Of a stretch of 64,000 bases of DNA, positions 52,398 to 62,268 are shown piece by piece. How positions within the stretch are numbered: the first letter of the stretch is position 1; every line of letters begins with the position of its first letter. The DNA is taken from positions 80,257 to 144,256 of the forward strand of contig JAGVJJ010000011.1 of the NCBI GenBank assembly GCA_020051175.1. Direction: 5' to 3'. This DNA is from Bacteroidia bacterium. GTDB taxonomy: Bacteria > Bacteroidota > Bacteroidia > 2-12-FULL-35-15. The notes beneath the pieces were generated by a model that saw nothing but the letters and a program-made list of their open reading frames with translations, had not been told where the DNA came from and made no database searches. A program made the position numbers and the translations under genes.

Positions 52398-53051
52398 TTA
52401 ACTCACAATTTTAATATTAAATGCCCCATTCTTAGTAGCCCCATAAATACGCAGCCACAAAGTCAAATACATCTCCGTACCTCTTGCAGCAGTGATATCA
52501 CCCAAATCAAGAATATTCTTTTCCTGCCAGCCAAACGTTTTCAGCAGGTCTTTTACTTGTGCTTTTGCACCCTCGTCATTACCACAAATAAACGTACTGT
52601 GATCACCGCCATTAACCATTCCCGGATTTACCATAAGCCCGCACCACATGGTATTCAATGCTTTTACCACTTTTGCAGCCGGAAAAGCTTTCTGAATTTC
52701 TTCAGCCAGCGATGTAGTATTTACTACAGAGAGTGTTGGCGGCATGCCTTTTGAAAAATCAAGTGAGTTAGCAAGATCAATAATTACTTTGCCTTTCAAA
52801 TTATCTTCTCCTGCCAGCTTCAATGCCTCCAAAGAGCCACCACCGGCTGTGCAATTAAAAATAAGTTCACCAAAAGCGGTTGCATCGGCAAACGTTCCTG
52901 CGCTTGCCTTCCCGTTGTGTTTGCCTGTAAAAGCTTTTGCTTTTTCATTGTCCGCTGTTCTTGAACCCATCATTACTGAATGCCCAAGTTCTACTAATTT
53001 TGAACCAATGGTATCGCCCACCGATCCCGTTCCTAATACTGCTATTTTCAT
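52398..53051 (-). CDS. NAD(P)-binding oxidoreductase (NADPH-dependent F420-reductase-like fold)
   Basis: Rossmann N-terminus is MKIAVLGTGSVGDTIG; 217 aa. Confidence 0.65.
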   Translation of the reverse strand: MKIAVLGTGSVGDTIGSKLVELGHSVMMGSRTADNEKAKAFTGKHNGKASAGTFADATAFGELIFNCTAGGGSLEALKLAGEDNLKGKVIIDLANSLDFSKGMPPTLSVVNTTSLAEEIQKAFPAAKVVKALNTMWCGLMVNPGMVNGGDHSTFICGNDEGAKAQVKDLLKTFGWQEKNILDLGDITAARGTEMYLTLWLRIYGATKNGAFNIKIVS

Positions 53052-53139
53052 GTGTCTATTATGTTTTAGAATAATTTAAGGTTGGTATTATCAAATATAA
53101 GAAAAGCTGTGAAAATTAAATTTATTCTTCTGCAAAATA

Positions 53140-53184
53140 GTAATAAAACAAAAATCCCCCCTTCTCATTACAAGAAGAGGGGAT
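53140..53184 (-). terminator. Rho-independent terminator of ahcY
   Basis: On the minus strand, an imperfect ~10-bp GC-rich stem (one mismatch) is followed by tttttgtttt. Confidence 0.55.
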
Positions 53185-53206
53185 TGCCGATGTAGATTAT
53201 TAACTA

Positions 53207-54529
53207 TTAATATCTGTAAGCATCCGATTTGAATGGACCATTTACAGTCACACCAATGTAATCAGCCTGCTCTTTAGTAAGAACATCCAATTCACAGTTA
53301 ATTTTTGCAAGGTGCAAACGTGCAACTTTTTCATCCAGATGTTTAGGCAAAGTATAAACTTTGTTCTCATAAGCTGCAGTGTTTGTCCATAACTCCAATT
53401 GAGCCAATGTTTGATTAGTGAAAGAGTTACTCATTACAAATGATGGGTGACCAGTAGCACAACCTAAGTTTACCAAACGGCCTTCAGCCAATACAATGAT
53501 ATCTTTTCCATCAACAGTATATTTATCCACCTGTGGTTTGATAACATCTTTAGTAGTACCATAATTTTTGTTCAACCACGCCATATCAATTTCGTTATCG
53601 AAGTGACCAATGTTACAAACAATAGCATTGTTTTTCATTGCTTTGAAATGACGGTCAGTAATGATGTTTTTGTTACCGGTAGCAGTTACAACGATATCCG
53701 CTTCTTTCACAGCGTTATCCATTTTCATTACCTGGTAGCCATCCATTGCAGCCTGTAAAGCACAGATTGGGTCAATTTCAGTAACAATAACACGTACGCC
53801 CTGAGAGCTCAATGACTCTGCAGAACCTTTTCCTACATCGCCATAACCAGCTACAACTGCTACCTTACCAGCAAGCATGATATCTGTAGCTCTGCGGATG
53901 GCATCTACCAATGACTCACGGCAACCGTATTTGTTATCGAATTTAGATTTAGTAACCGAGTCGTTCACGTTGATTGCAGGGATGTGCAATGTTCCGTTTT
54001 TCATACGCTCGTATAAACGGTGAACTCCTGTAGTAGTTTCTTCAGATAGTCCTTTGATACCTTTAATTAATTCAGGGTATTTGTCAAACACCATGTTAGT
54101 CAAGTCACCACCATCATCCAAAATCATGTTTAATGGTTTGCGCTCTTCACCAAAGAACAATGTTTGCTCAATACACCAGTCAAATTCCTGCTCATTCATA
54201 CCTTTCCAGGCATAAACAGAAATACCAGCAGCAGCAATAGCAGCAGCAGCATGATCCTGTGTAGAGAAGATATTACAAGAAGACCAGGTAACTTCAGCAC
54301 CCAGTTCAACCAATGTTTCAATCAAAACAGCTGTTTGGATGGTCATGTGAAGACATCCTGCGATTCTTGCATTTTTTAATGGTTTGGTAGCACCAAATTC
54401 AGCACGTAGAGCCATTAAACCCGGCATTTCAGCTTCAGCCAATTTAATTTCTTTGCGTCCCCACTCTGCAAGAGACATGTCTTTTACTTTATATTTCACA
54501 AATTTTTCCACGGTTGTGTTGTTTCCCAT
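53207..54529 (-). CDS. ahcY: Adenosylhomocysteinase
   Basis: Full-length family pattern over 440 aa, with NAD-binding site [13 protein letters not shown]. Confidence 0.95.
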   Translation of the reverse strand: MGNNTTVEKFVKYKVKDMSLAEWGRKEIKLAEAEMPGLMALRAEFGATKPLKNARIAGCLHMTIQTAVLIETLVELGAEVTWSSCNIFSTQDHAAAAIAAAGISVYAWKGMNEQEFDWCIEQTLFFGEERKPLNMILDDGGDLTNMVFDKYPELIKGIKGLSEETTTGVHRLYERMKNGTLHIPAINVNDSVTKSKFDNKYGCRESLVDAIRRATDIMLAGKVAVVAGYGDVGKGSAESLSSQGVRVIVTEIDPICALQAAMDGYQVMKMDNAVKEADIVVTATGNKNIITDRHFKAMKNNAIVCNIGHFDNEIDMAWLNKNYGTTKDVIKPQVDKYTVDGKDIIVLAEGRLVNLGCATGHPSFVMSNSFTNQTLAQLELWTNTAAYENKVYTLPKHLDEKVARLHLAKINCELDVLTKEQADYIGVTVNGPFKSDAYRY

Positions 54530-54626
54530 TTTTTTAAAGTTTTTAATTTAGGTTAATTTGAAGTGCAAAATTAGGCTAAATTCTGATAATAAGCAAATTA
54601 GACTTTTCAACGCACTGTTGAAAACA

Positions 54627-55673
54627 CTACTTTATAGGGGCTTCCGACCAGATTATTTTACCTGTTTTATCTATATAGGCATGTACTCCATCATAGCTTA
54701 CATAGGCCAGACCATCAACAAAATCAGCAGCATGATCGGCTTTACGACTGATTACTACTTTACCTGATTTATCAATATATTGCCATTTAGCATCCTTAAA
54801 GCTGCCGATAACCCAGGGAGATGTACTGATACAGGCCAGGCCTTCATTAAAGAAAAAAGCACCTGTATATATTGGGTTTATCACCATTTTTCCCTTTTTA
54901 TCAATATACCCGTATTTCCCATCCTTATAATCCCCTATTCGCACGCATGCCAAACCATCTGAAAAAGTAAACACCTTATCAAACTGGCATTCAATAGCAG
55001 GTTTTCCCTCCTTGTTGATATACCCCCATTTACCGTTTTTATGGTCGCCAATCCTCACATTGGTAAGGCCTTCTTTCGAAAATTCAAAGGTTTCATCGTA
55101 TTTAAAAGGAACAATTACCTGCCCGTTTTTATCAATAAACCCCCATTTTCCACCCTGCTTTACACGAGCCAGTCCTTCTTTAAAGTCCCACGCACCTTCG
55201 TATTCCGGTTTTACCACTACAGCTCCGGTTTTATCAATATATCCGAATTTAATTCCTATCTGTAGCCGTGCCATGCCTTCCGAAAATTTATAAGCATGCT
55301 CGCATTTAGGCTCTAGCACTACTTTTCCGGATTTGTCAATATAATAGTATTTGGTTCCCTTTCTCACACAAGCCAGTCCGTCAGAAAAATAACTATCTGT
55401 TTTATGCTCGTATTGTGGCTGTATGACAAATTTGCCGGTAGCATCAATAAAACCATATTTTCCATCTTTTTTAACAACGGCCAACTCCTCATGAAAACGG
55501 TCGGCAAAATCAAACTGGGCGGGAATGACCTCTTTACCTGATTTATTGATATAACCGTATTTTCCCTTTACACTAAATGGATATAAGGTTTCCTGCGATT
55601 TCAAAGCAGATTGAAACAGCAGGCCAATTAAAAGCAATACAGCTGCTTTATTTACGAAGAATACAGATTTCAT
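54627..55673 (-). CDS. WG-repeat (KWG) containing secreted protein
   Basis: About 10 repeats of K[YW]G[YF]I[DN]K.GK.VI. The start was set at MKSVFFVNKAAVLLLIG (signal peptide). Confidence 0.8.
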   Translation of the reverse strand: MKSVFFVNKAAVLLLIGLLFQSALKSQETLYPFSVKGKYGYINKSGKEVIPAQFDFADRFHEELAVVKKDGKYGFIDATGKFVIQPQYEHKTDSYFSDGLACVRKGTKYYYIDKSGKVVLEPKCEHAYKFSEGMARLQIGIKFGYIDKTGAVVVKPEYEGAWDFKEGLARVKQGGKWGFIDKNGQVIVPFKYDETFEFSKEGLTNVRIGDHKNGKWGYINKEGKPAIECQFDKVFTFSDGLACVRIGDYKDGKYGYIDKKGKMVINPIYTGAFFFNEGLACISTSPWVIGSFKDAKWQYIDKSGKVVISRKADHAADFVDGLAYVSYDGVHAYIDKTGKIIWSEAPIK

Positions 55674-55747
55674 AACCCTGTTATATTTCCTGTAAATATC
55701 GGAAAAAAATAGCACTTTTAAAAGTAAGCTTAACCTGAGTGTAACTT

Positions 55748-55834
55748 CGTGGTCTTAGTGCCTTAGTGGTAAATCTTCCTGGGCTTCTTAAAAGTATCAC
55801 CACTAAGACACTAAGGGCACTGAGAATCACTAAG
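55748..55834. repeat. Heptad hairpin (CTTAGTG)n / (CACTAAG)n
   Basis: cttagtgccttagtggt (55754-55770) pairs with accactaagacactaag (55799-55815) at 16 of 17 positions. Confidence 0.75.
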
Positions 55835-55879
55835 AAAAAATAATTGTAATGGCTGTTTTTGTTTAATATTGCAGTGCTT

Positions 55880-56500
55880 ATGGGTATATCTGAAGTTTTA
55901 GAATCAATACAAAATGCCATCCAGCAAACCAGTATTACAGAATGGTTGATTTTTATCACCGCACTAGTGTACGTATTGCTGGCAGCAATTGAAAATGTCT
56001 GGTGCTGGCTATTTGGAATAGCATCAAGTGCTTTATCTGTTTATCTCTGCTATACAGGACAATTATTCCTGGAAAGCGGGCTCAATATTTTTTATGTAAT
56101 CATAGGAATTTATGGCTGGTACCAATGGTTGTATGGCTCCAAAGAAAAAGCAGAGCTTGAAATTATATCTTTTTCACTCCCCAAAAATGCACAGCTTTTG
56201 CTGATTGGTGGTGTCATCTGGCTTCCGCTAGGCTTTATTTCCGGTAAATATTCTATCCAGGTGATGCCTTACCTGGATGCATTCATAACAGCATTCAGCA
56301 TTGTTGCTACATGGATGGCAGCGAAAAAAATTCTTGAAAACTGGCTGTATTGGGTGGCAATTGACGCATTAGCAGTTGTATTGTACGCTTCACGCGGATA
56401 TCACCTTCTTGCTTTATTATATTTTATTTATACATTACTTGCAGTTGCAGGATATATAAAATGGCGCAACAAACTAAAAACATCATCCGCATTGCACTAA
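55880..56500 (+). CDS. pnuC: Nicotinamide riboside transporter PnuC
   Basis: A 7-TM pattern containing IIGIYGWYQW. The ATG at 55880 is preferred to the ORF-track TTG. Confidence 0.75.
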   Translation: MGISEVLESIQNAIQQTSITEWLIFITALVYVLLAAIENVWCWLFGIASSALSVYLCYTGQLFLESGLNIFYVIIGIYGWYQWLYGSKEKAELEIISFSLPKNAQLLLIGGVIWLPLGFISGKYSIQVMPYLDAFITAFSIVATWMAAKKILENWLYWVAIDALAVVLYASRGYHLLALLYFIYTLLAVAGYIKWRNKLKTSSALH

Positions 56501-56991
56501 TAGGCCCGGAGAGCACAGCAAAATCAACACTTTCAGAAAAGCTGGCTAAACACTACGATACAGTGTGGGTGCAGGAGCATTCACGTGAATACCTTGCAAA
56601 TATTAACCGGCCATATTCACTTGAAGATGTACTGGCCATTGCGCAGGAACAACTAAAAAGAGAGCAGCAGCTAATGGAAAAGGCCGATAAATTCATTTTT
56701 GCGGACACAGAACTAATCCTCTCAAAAGTGTGGTGCGAAGATGTGTTTAAAACCTGCCCGGAATGGATTTCGGAAAGCATTCTTTCTTACAAATACGATT
56801 TGTATTTGCTCACCAGCCCTGATATTCCATGGGAAAAAGACCCCGTAAGAGAAAACCCGCACAGAAGGGAATTTTTCTTTGACTGGTACGAAAGGGAATT
56901 AAAAGCAATTCAGGCTGATTATGTTGTTATAAAAGGAGAAGGAGAAGAGCGTTTACAAAATTGTATAAAAGCCATTGAAAATAGATTTTAA
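56461..56991 (+). CDS. AAA-type ATPase, NadR-like ribosylnicotinamide kinase domain
   Basis: P-loop is IALIGPESTAKSTL. The gene overlaps pnuC by 40 nt. Confidence 0.65.
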   Translation: MAQQTKNIIRIALIGPESTAKSTLSEKLAKHYDTVWVQEHSREYLANINRPYSLEDVLAIAQEQLKREQQLMEKADKFIFADTELILSKVWCEDVFKTCPEWISESILSYKYDLYLLTSPDIPWEKDPVRENPHRREFFFDWYERELKAIQADYVVIKGEGEERLQNCIKAIENRF

Positions 56992-57033
56992 AAAGAAAGG
57001 AAAATACATTTTCCGCTCCACGTCAACATCTCC

Positions 57034-57984
57034 CTACAACATTTTCGTACGCTTTACGAGGTACGGCATCAGCACCTGCTCAAAGCCCTGATTGATGTCC
57101 GCCTCAATAAAATCAATACGGTATTGAGCGCATTTCAGCATCAGCTGCTTTTTATAATCGGCCATGGAAGCCTGGTAAGTATCTTTTATTTCATTTGGAT
57201 GAAGTTTTACTTCTTCTCCGGTTTCCATATCAATAAAGCGATATGGACGGTTATCAAAATCAAACTCCAGCTCTTTTTGCTTGTCCGTTACATGAAAAAG
57301 AATCACTTCATGCTTCTTGTGTTTTAAGTGTTGCAATGCTGAAAACAGCTCTTCTGAATCTGTTGCAGAATCCATCATATCACTGAAAATAATTACCAGC
57401 GAACGTTTATGAATGGTTTCCGCTATTTGATGCAAAGCCTCCGTAGCTGATGTTTTTTTATGGGTATTTACATCGTGTTTCTGCAAAAGCTTTTCAAGCT
57501 CATGGTACAGCATCTTGTGATGCAAAGAACTCGATTTTGCCGGTGCAAAAAAATCCACTTTATCGGAAAATAAGCTCATGCCTACCGCATCCCGCTGGCG
57601 TTTTAGCAGTTCTATTAATGCTGCAGCGCAATAAGTTGAAAAGGTAATTTTATTGGCCTCACCCCGGCCCTCTCCAAAGGAGAGGGAGGTATTTTCCTTC
57701 ACCGGAAAATACATGGAGGAAGAATTGTCAATCACCAACTGACAACGCAGGTTAGTTTCTTCTTCATAACGCTTGATAAACAGCTTATCCGTGCGCCCGT
57801 AAAGTTTCCAGTCTATATGCTTGGTAGATTCCCCTTTGTTATATAAACGGTGTTCTGCAAACTCCACACTAAATCCATGAAACGGGCTTTTGTGAAGGCC
57901 GGTTATAAAGCCTTCCACCACCTGTTTTGCGATTAACTCAAGATGAGTAAACTGCTGTATGGATTGTCTGTTAATGGTTTCCAT
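57034..57984 (-). CDS. DUF58 (vWA-like) protein
   Basis: Motifs SPFHGFSVEFAEHRLY and VIDNSSSM. The start was reset to METINRQ because the ORF-track N-terminus is encoded by the heptad hairpin. Confidence 0.8.
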   Translation of the reverse strand: METINRQSIQQFTHLELIAKQVVEGFITGLHKSPFHGFSVEFAEHRLYNKGESTKHIDWKLYGRTDKLFIKRYEEETNLRCQLVIDNSSSMYFPVKENTSLSFGEGRGEANKITFSTYCAAALIELLKRQRDAVGMSLFSDKVDFFAPAKSSSLHHKMLYHELEKLLQKHDVNTHKKTSATEALHQIAETIHKRSLVIIFSDMMDSATDSEELFSALQHLKHKKHEVILFHVTDKQKELEFDFDNRPYRFIDMETGEEVKLHPNEIKDTYQASMADYKKQLMLKCAQYRIDFIEADINQGFEQVLMPYLVKRTKML

Positions 57985-57998
57985 TCGATAAGTTAAAT

Positions 57999-58060
57999 GA
58001 AGAGTCAAAGAGTCAAAAGTCAAAAGAATACAATAAGCACCTTTTGACTTTTGACTTTAT
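57999..58060. repeat. Heptad hairpin (AGTCAAA)n / (TTTGACT)n
   Basis: A perfect 16-bp stem pairs agtcaaaagtcaaaag (58011-58026) with cttttgacttttgact (58041-58056), with a 14-nt loop. Confidence 0.8.
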
Positions 58061-58075
58061 ACCCTTAAGCACTTC

Positions 58076-58393
58076 CTAAAGTAATGCTTTCAATTTAGCA
58101 TCCAATACCGATTTAGGTACTGCGCCTACTTGTTTATCCACTACTTCTCCGCCTTTGAAGAAAAGGATTGTAGGGATATTACGGATTCCGAACATTGCAG
58201 AAACGTTTGCGTTGTTGTCAACATTTACTTTGCCCACAACAGCTTTGCCATCATAATCTTTTGACAATTCTTCTACAACTGGTCCAACCATGCGACAAGG
58301 TCCACACCACTCTGCCCAAAAGTCAAGTAATACGGGTTTGTCTGAATTTTTTACTAACTCATCAAAGTTAGCGTCTGTGATTTCTAGTGCCAT
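58076..58393 (-). CDS. trxA: Thioredoxin
   Basis: Active site is WAEWCGPCR; 105 aa. Confidence 0.95.
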   Translation of the reverse strand: MALEITDANFDELVKNSDKPVLLDFWAEWCGPCRMVGPVVEELSKDYDGKAVVGKVNVDNNANVSAMFGIRNIPTILFFKGGEVVDKQVGAVPKSVLDAKLKALL

Positions 58394-58534
58394 AACTTTT
58401 AGTTTTATTTAGGATTTATAATTTTCTTAATTTATTTACTATATAAAGATACGAATGAGCTTTTGCATAGGCAAATCCTTTGCCAATTTGTTTTTTATGA
58501 CTGAATGGCATCTCACCCCTCCTCCCCCCAACAG

Positions 58535-61500
58535 TTAATTCAACTTATACTCCAGCCTGTTTAAATCCAACAATTCCAACAGCTCATTATTCGGGTTTAC
58601 CTTTATCTTCTTAGAAGGCAGCAATACAGCAATATTCTCCTCGCTATCCACTACTTTGAACTTTAATGTACAGTTACGTGGTTGCGCTTTATCATTGGTA
58701 GTAAGGATTTCATTGAATTTATTAATAAAATCATCCGATAAATCCTTTAATGGCAGGCTAACAGTGATACTTCTTGCCAATTTGTCGCGTAATTCAGATA
58801 AAAGTTGGATTGTGGTCACCTTAAACTCAAAATTGCCAGAATTTCTGAATCTTTCAGATATTTTCCCTCTCACATACAAAAACAGTCCCTGAACCATATA
58901 CGGCTTGAATTTCACATAATCCTCACCAAAAAAGGCCAAATCAACCGATTCACGGTAATCTTCAATAACTATTTTACCCCAAGGGTTGCCTGTTTTGGTA
59001 ACACCATGATGCACCCCGGTAACAATACCGCCAAAAACCAGGTCTTTGTTCTTGTTTTCTTCAATTTTCTTGGTATCACTTACAGAATGAATGCAGAAAT
59101 TGTCGATTTCCAGTTTATATGTATCCAGCGGATGACCTGAAATAAAGAACCCTACCACATCTTTTTCATATTTCAGCTGCTCCAGGTTACTCCAGGGCTC
59201 GCACACTGGGATTTTAGGCTCTGGCATCTCCACTTCGCTGGATTCACCAAACAGGGAAACCTGGGCTGAGCTCGCTCCTTCCTGGTGCGAGTTTCCGTAA
59301 CGGATTGTCTTTTCCAGGAAATTACCGCTATCATTGCCTTCCGTAAAGAAATAAGTCGCGCGGTGTATGTTCAGGGAATCGAAACCTCCAGCATAAGCAA
59401 GGCTTTCAAATGTTTTTTTATTGGCAGCACGCAGGTTAATTCTTCGCACAAGGTCGAAAATGCTCTTGTAAGGGCCATTTGCAGTACGTTCTTCAACAAT
59501 GGAATGAACAGCGTTTTCCCCCACTCCTTTCACAGCGCCCATTCCAAAACGTATCTGGCCTGCTTTATTTACCGCAAACTGGTATTCACTCTCATTCACA
59601 TCAGGCCCTAAAACAGGTACACCAATGCGTTTGCACTCATCCATAAAGAAAGTGATTTTCTCAATATTGCTTAAGTTATGTGTAAGTACAGATGCCATGT
59701 ATTCAGCCGGGTAATGGGCTTTCAGGTAGGCTGTCTGGTAAGCAACGAATGCGTAACACGTAGAGTGTGATTTATTGAAAGCGTACTGCGCGAATTTCTC
59801 CCAGTCGGTCCACACTTTTTCAAGTTTATCGGCCTTAAGCCCTTTTGCAGTAGCGCCATCCATGAACTTGCTCTTCATCTTATCCAGGGTAGCTTTATCC
59901 TTCTTACCCATCGCTTTACGCAGCACGTCCGCATCTCCTTTAGAGAAACCTGCCAGCTTCTGCGACAGCAACATCACCTGCTCCTGATAGACTGTGATAC
60001 CATAGGTATCCGACAAATATTCTTCCATTTCAGGAAGATCGTATTCAATGGTTTCGCGACCGTGCTTACGCGCAATGAAATTAGGGATATACTCAATAGG
60101 ACCCGGGCGGTACAAGGCATTCATGGCAATCAAATCCGCGAATTTATCGGGTTTGAGGTTAATCAAATGCTTTTGCATTCCGGCACTTTCAAACTGGAAG
60201 GTCCCGTTGGTATCGCCACGCTGGTATAGTTCAAATGTTTTTAAATCATCCAGAGGAACATCATCTATAACAATATCAATACCGTGATTTTGTTTAATAA
60301 GCTTTAACGCATCACGAATGATACTCAGCGTTTTCAAGCCAAGGAAGTCCATCTTGATTACCCCTGCATCCTCAATCACTTTACCATCGTACTGGGTAAT
60401 CAGTAAGTTTGTTTCTTTAGATGTTGAAACAGGTACAATGTCCGTAATGTCTTTAGGAGCAATGATGATACCAGCAGCGTGAATACCTGTACCCCGCACA
60501 GAACCTTCCAACACCAGGGCTTCTTTCAGGACTTTCGCCTGTAGGTCGTCACCGGCAAGCACTGCACGCAGTTTCTTTACTTCTTCTAAATCTTCTTTTG
60601 TAAGTCCTTCTTTTTCTTCCAGGCTTCCTGCACCTGTCATAGGAGCAGTCAACACTCGTTTCAACACAATACCCGGTTTTTCAGGCACCATCTTGGCAAG
60701 CATGTTGGACTCCTGCAATGGTAAATCCATTACACGGGCAACGTCCTTAATGCTCATCTTCGCAGCCATAGTACCATAGGTGACAATCTGTGCCACCTGG
60801 TTTTTGCCGTATTTATCCACTACATAATCAATTACCTTCTGACGGCCTTCATCGTCAAAGTCCGTATCAATATCGGGCATCGACTTACGGTCCGGATTCA
60901 GGAAACGCTCAAATAGTAAGTTGTACTTAATCGGGTCAATATTGGTTATCCCTATACAGTATGCAACCACAGAGCCTGCAGCAGAACCACGTCCCGGCCC
61001 TACAAATACTCCGATATCACGTCCTGCTTTGATAAAATCAGATACAATCAAAAAGTATCCGGCAAAACCCATGATTTTAATGGTGTTCAGCTCAAAGTTC
61101 AATCGTTCTTCTATTTCCGGTGTAAGCTCTTTATAGCGGTCCTTAGCTCCTGTATAGGTTAAGTGATTCAAATAATCATCCTGTGTGGCAAAACCTACAG
61201 GCATCTGAAAGTTTGGGAGCATGATGTCCTGCTTCAGTTTCAGTGGAGTTATCTTATCAACTATATCGTTGGTATTATCTATCGCCTCAGGTAAATCGCT
61301 GAACAGCTGGCTCATTTCAGCTGTTGTTTTAAAATAAAACTGGTCGTTGTAAAAAGCAAAACGCTTGCCTTTGGTAGATGCTGAATCATCGTCACCAAAA
61401 TCTTTCATGATAGGCGTGCTCTGCTTTTCACCTGTATTGATACACAGCAAAATATCGTGCGCATTGGAATCTGCCTGGTCCACGTAGTGGGAATCATTGG

Positions 61501-62131
61501 AAGCAATGATTTTCACATTGTATTTTTTTGCAAATTTCAGTAACACTTCATTCACCTTATTCTGGTCAGGAATATCGTGTCTTTGCAGCTCTACGTAATA
61601 GTCCTCTCCAAAAATGTCCAGCCACCATTTGAATTCCTTTTCTCCTTCTTCTTCACCTTTTTTTAAGATAGTTCTGGGCACAGATGCGCCCAGACAGCAG
61701 GTTGTAGCAATCAGGCCTTTGTGATATTTCAAAACCAGTTCCTTATCAATACGGGGATATTTACCATACAAACCTTCTGTATAGCCTAAAGAGCAAAGCT
61801 TTAAAAGATTTTTATATCCTTCCGCATCTTTAGCAAGGAACAACTGGTGATAACGTATATCTTTATCTTCCTTTGTAAACTGAAGCTTATTGCGGTTTTC
61901 CACCAGATAAAATTCACAACCAACAATCGGCTTGATTTTATTCGGATTATCAGGCGTATTGTGCTTTGCAGCTTCAGCCACAAATTTAAATACTCCAAAC
62001 ATATTACCATGGTCGGTAATGGCAAGCGCACGCATATTGTCATTCACAGCCTTTTTATATAGTGCCGAAATATCTGCAGCGCCATCCAACAGGGAAAACT
62101 GGGTATGAACGTGTAAGTGGGAAAAATTCAT
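58535..62131 (-). CDS. dnaE: DNA polymerase III alpha subunit
   Basis: PHP N-terminus is FSHLHVHTQFSLLDGA. The 1198-aa protein shows the full family pattern. Confidence 0.95.
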   Translation of the reverse strand: MNFSHLHVHTQFSLLDGAADISALYKKAVNDNMRALAITDHGNMFGVFKFVAEAAKHNTPDNPNKIKPIVGCEFYLVENRNKLQFTKEDKDIRYHQLFLAKDAEGYKNLLKLCSLGYTEGLYGKYPRIDKELVLKYHKGLIATTCCLGASVPRTILKKGEEEGEKEFKWWLDIFGEDYYVELQRHDIPDQNKVNEVLLKFAKKYNVKIIASNDSHYVDQADSNAHDILLCINTGEKQSTPIMKDFGDDDSASTKGKRFAFYNDQFYFKTTAEMSQLFSDLPEAIDNTNDIVDKITPLKLKQDIMLPNFQMPVGFATQDDYLNHLTYTGAKDRYKELTPEIEERLNFELNTIKIMGFAGYFLIVSDFIKAGRDIGVFVGPGRGSAAGSVVAYCIGITNIDPIKYNLLFERFLNPDRKSMPDIDTDFDDEGRQKVIDYVVDKYGKNQVAQIVTYGTMAAKMSIKDVARVMDLPLQESNMLAKMVPEKPGIVLKRVLTAPMTGAGSLEEKEGLTKEDLEEVKKLRAVLAGDDLQAKVLKEALVLEGSVRGTGIHAAGIIIAPKDITDIVPVSTSKETNLLITQYDGKVIEDAGVIKMDFLGLKTLSIIRDALKLIKQNHGIDIVIDDVPLDDLKTFELYQRGDTNGTFQFESAGMQKHLINLKPDKFADLIAMNALYRPGPIEYIPNFIARKHGRETIEYDLPEMEEYLSDTYGITVYQEQVMLLSQKLAGFSKGDADVLRKAMGKKDKATLDKMKSKFMDGATAKGLKADKLEKVWTDWEKFAQYAFNKSHSTCYAFVAYQTAYLKAHYPAEYMASVLTHNLSNIEKITFFMDECKRIGVPVLGPDVNESEYQFAVNKAGQIRFGMGAVKGVGENAVHSIVEERTANGPYKSIFDLVRRINLRAANKKTFESLAYAGGFDSLNIHRATYFFTEGNDSGNFLEKTIRYGNSHQEGASSAQVSLFGESSEVEMPEPKIPVCEPWSNLEQLKYEKDVVGFFISGHPLDTYKLEIDNFCIHSVSDTKKIEENKNKDLVFGGIVTGVHHGVTKTGNPWGKIVIEDYRESVDLAFFGEDYVKFKPYMVQGLFLYVRGKISERFRNSGNFEFKVTTIQLLSELRDKLARSITVSLPLKDLSDDFINKFNEILTTNDKAQPRNCTLKFKVVDSEENIAVLLPSKKIKVNPNNELLELLDLNRLEYKLN

Positions 62132-62132
62132 G

Positions 62133-62268
62133 GGTTACGGATAACGAATGGTTACGAATTTACGAATCTGTGTATCTACTAATTACTAATCTTTACTAAT
62201 CTACCAATTTTGCAAATTACCTACTGTTAAATTGTTTTGCCAACTGCTAACTGCCAATTGCCAACTGA
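62133..62268. repeat. Three consecutive tandem heptad tracts upstream of dnaE: TTACGAA-like, TACTAAT and CTGCCAA-like
   Basis: Tract 1 (62133-62168) is gttacggataacgaatggttacgaatttacgaatc. Tract 2 (62176-62205) is ctactaattactaatctttactaatctacc. Tract 3 (62237-62268) is ttgccaactgctaactgccaattgccaactg. Confidence 0.7.

Noticed and set aside
54530-54626. A riboswitch (for example SAH-type) in the ahcY 5' region, or a pnuC-associated RNA motif upstream of pnuC.
   Set aside because: I could not recognise any conserved riboswitch core by eye. The only structure at 54595-54620 is a simple hairpin best read as the terminator of the upstream WG-repeat gene, and the structure upstream of pnuC is the heptad hairpin. 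A covariance-model scan (Rfam/Infernal) would be needed to exclude this.
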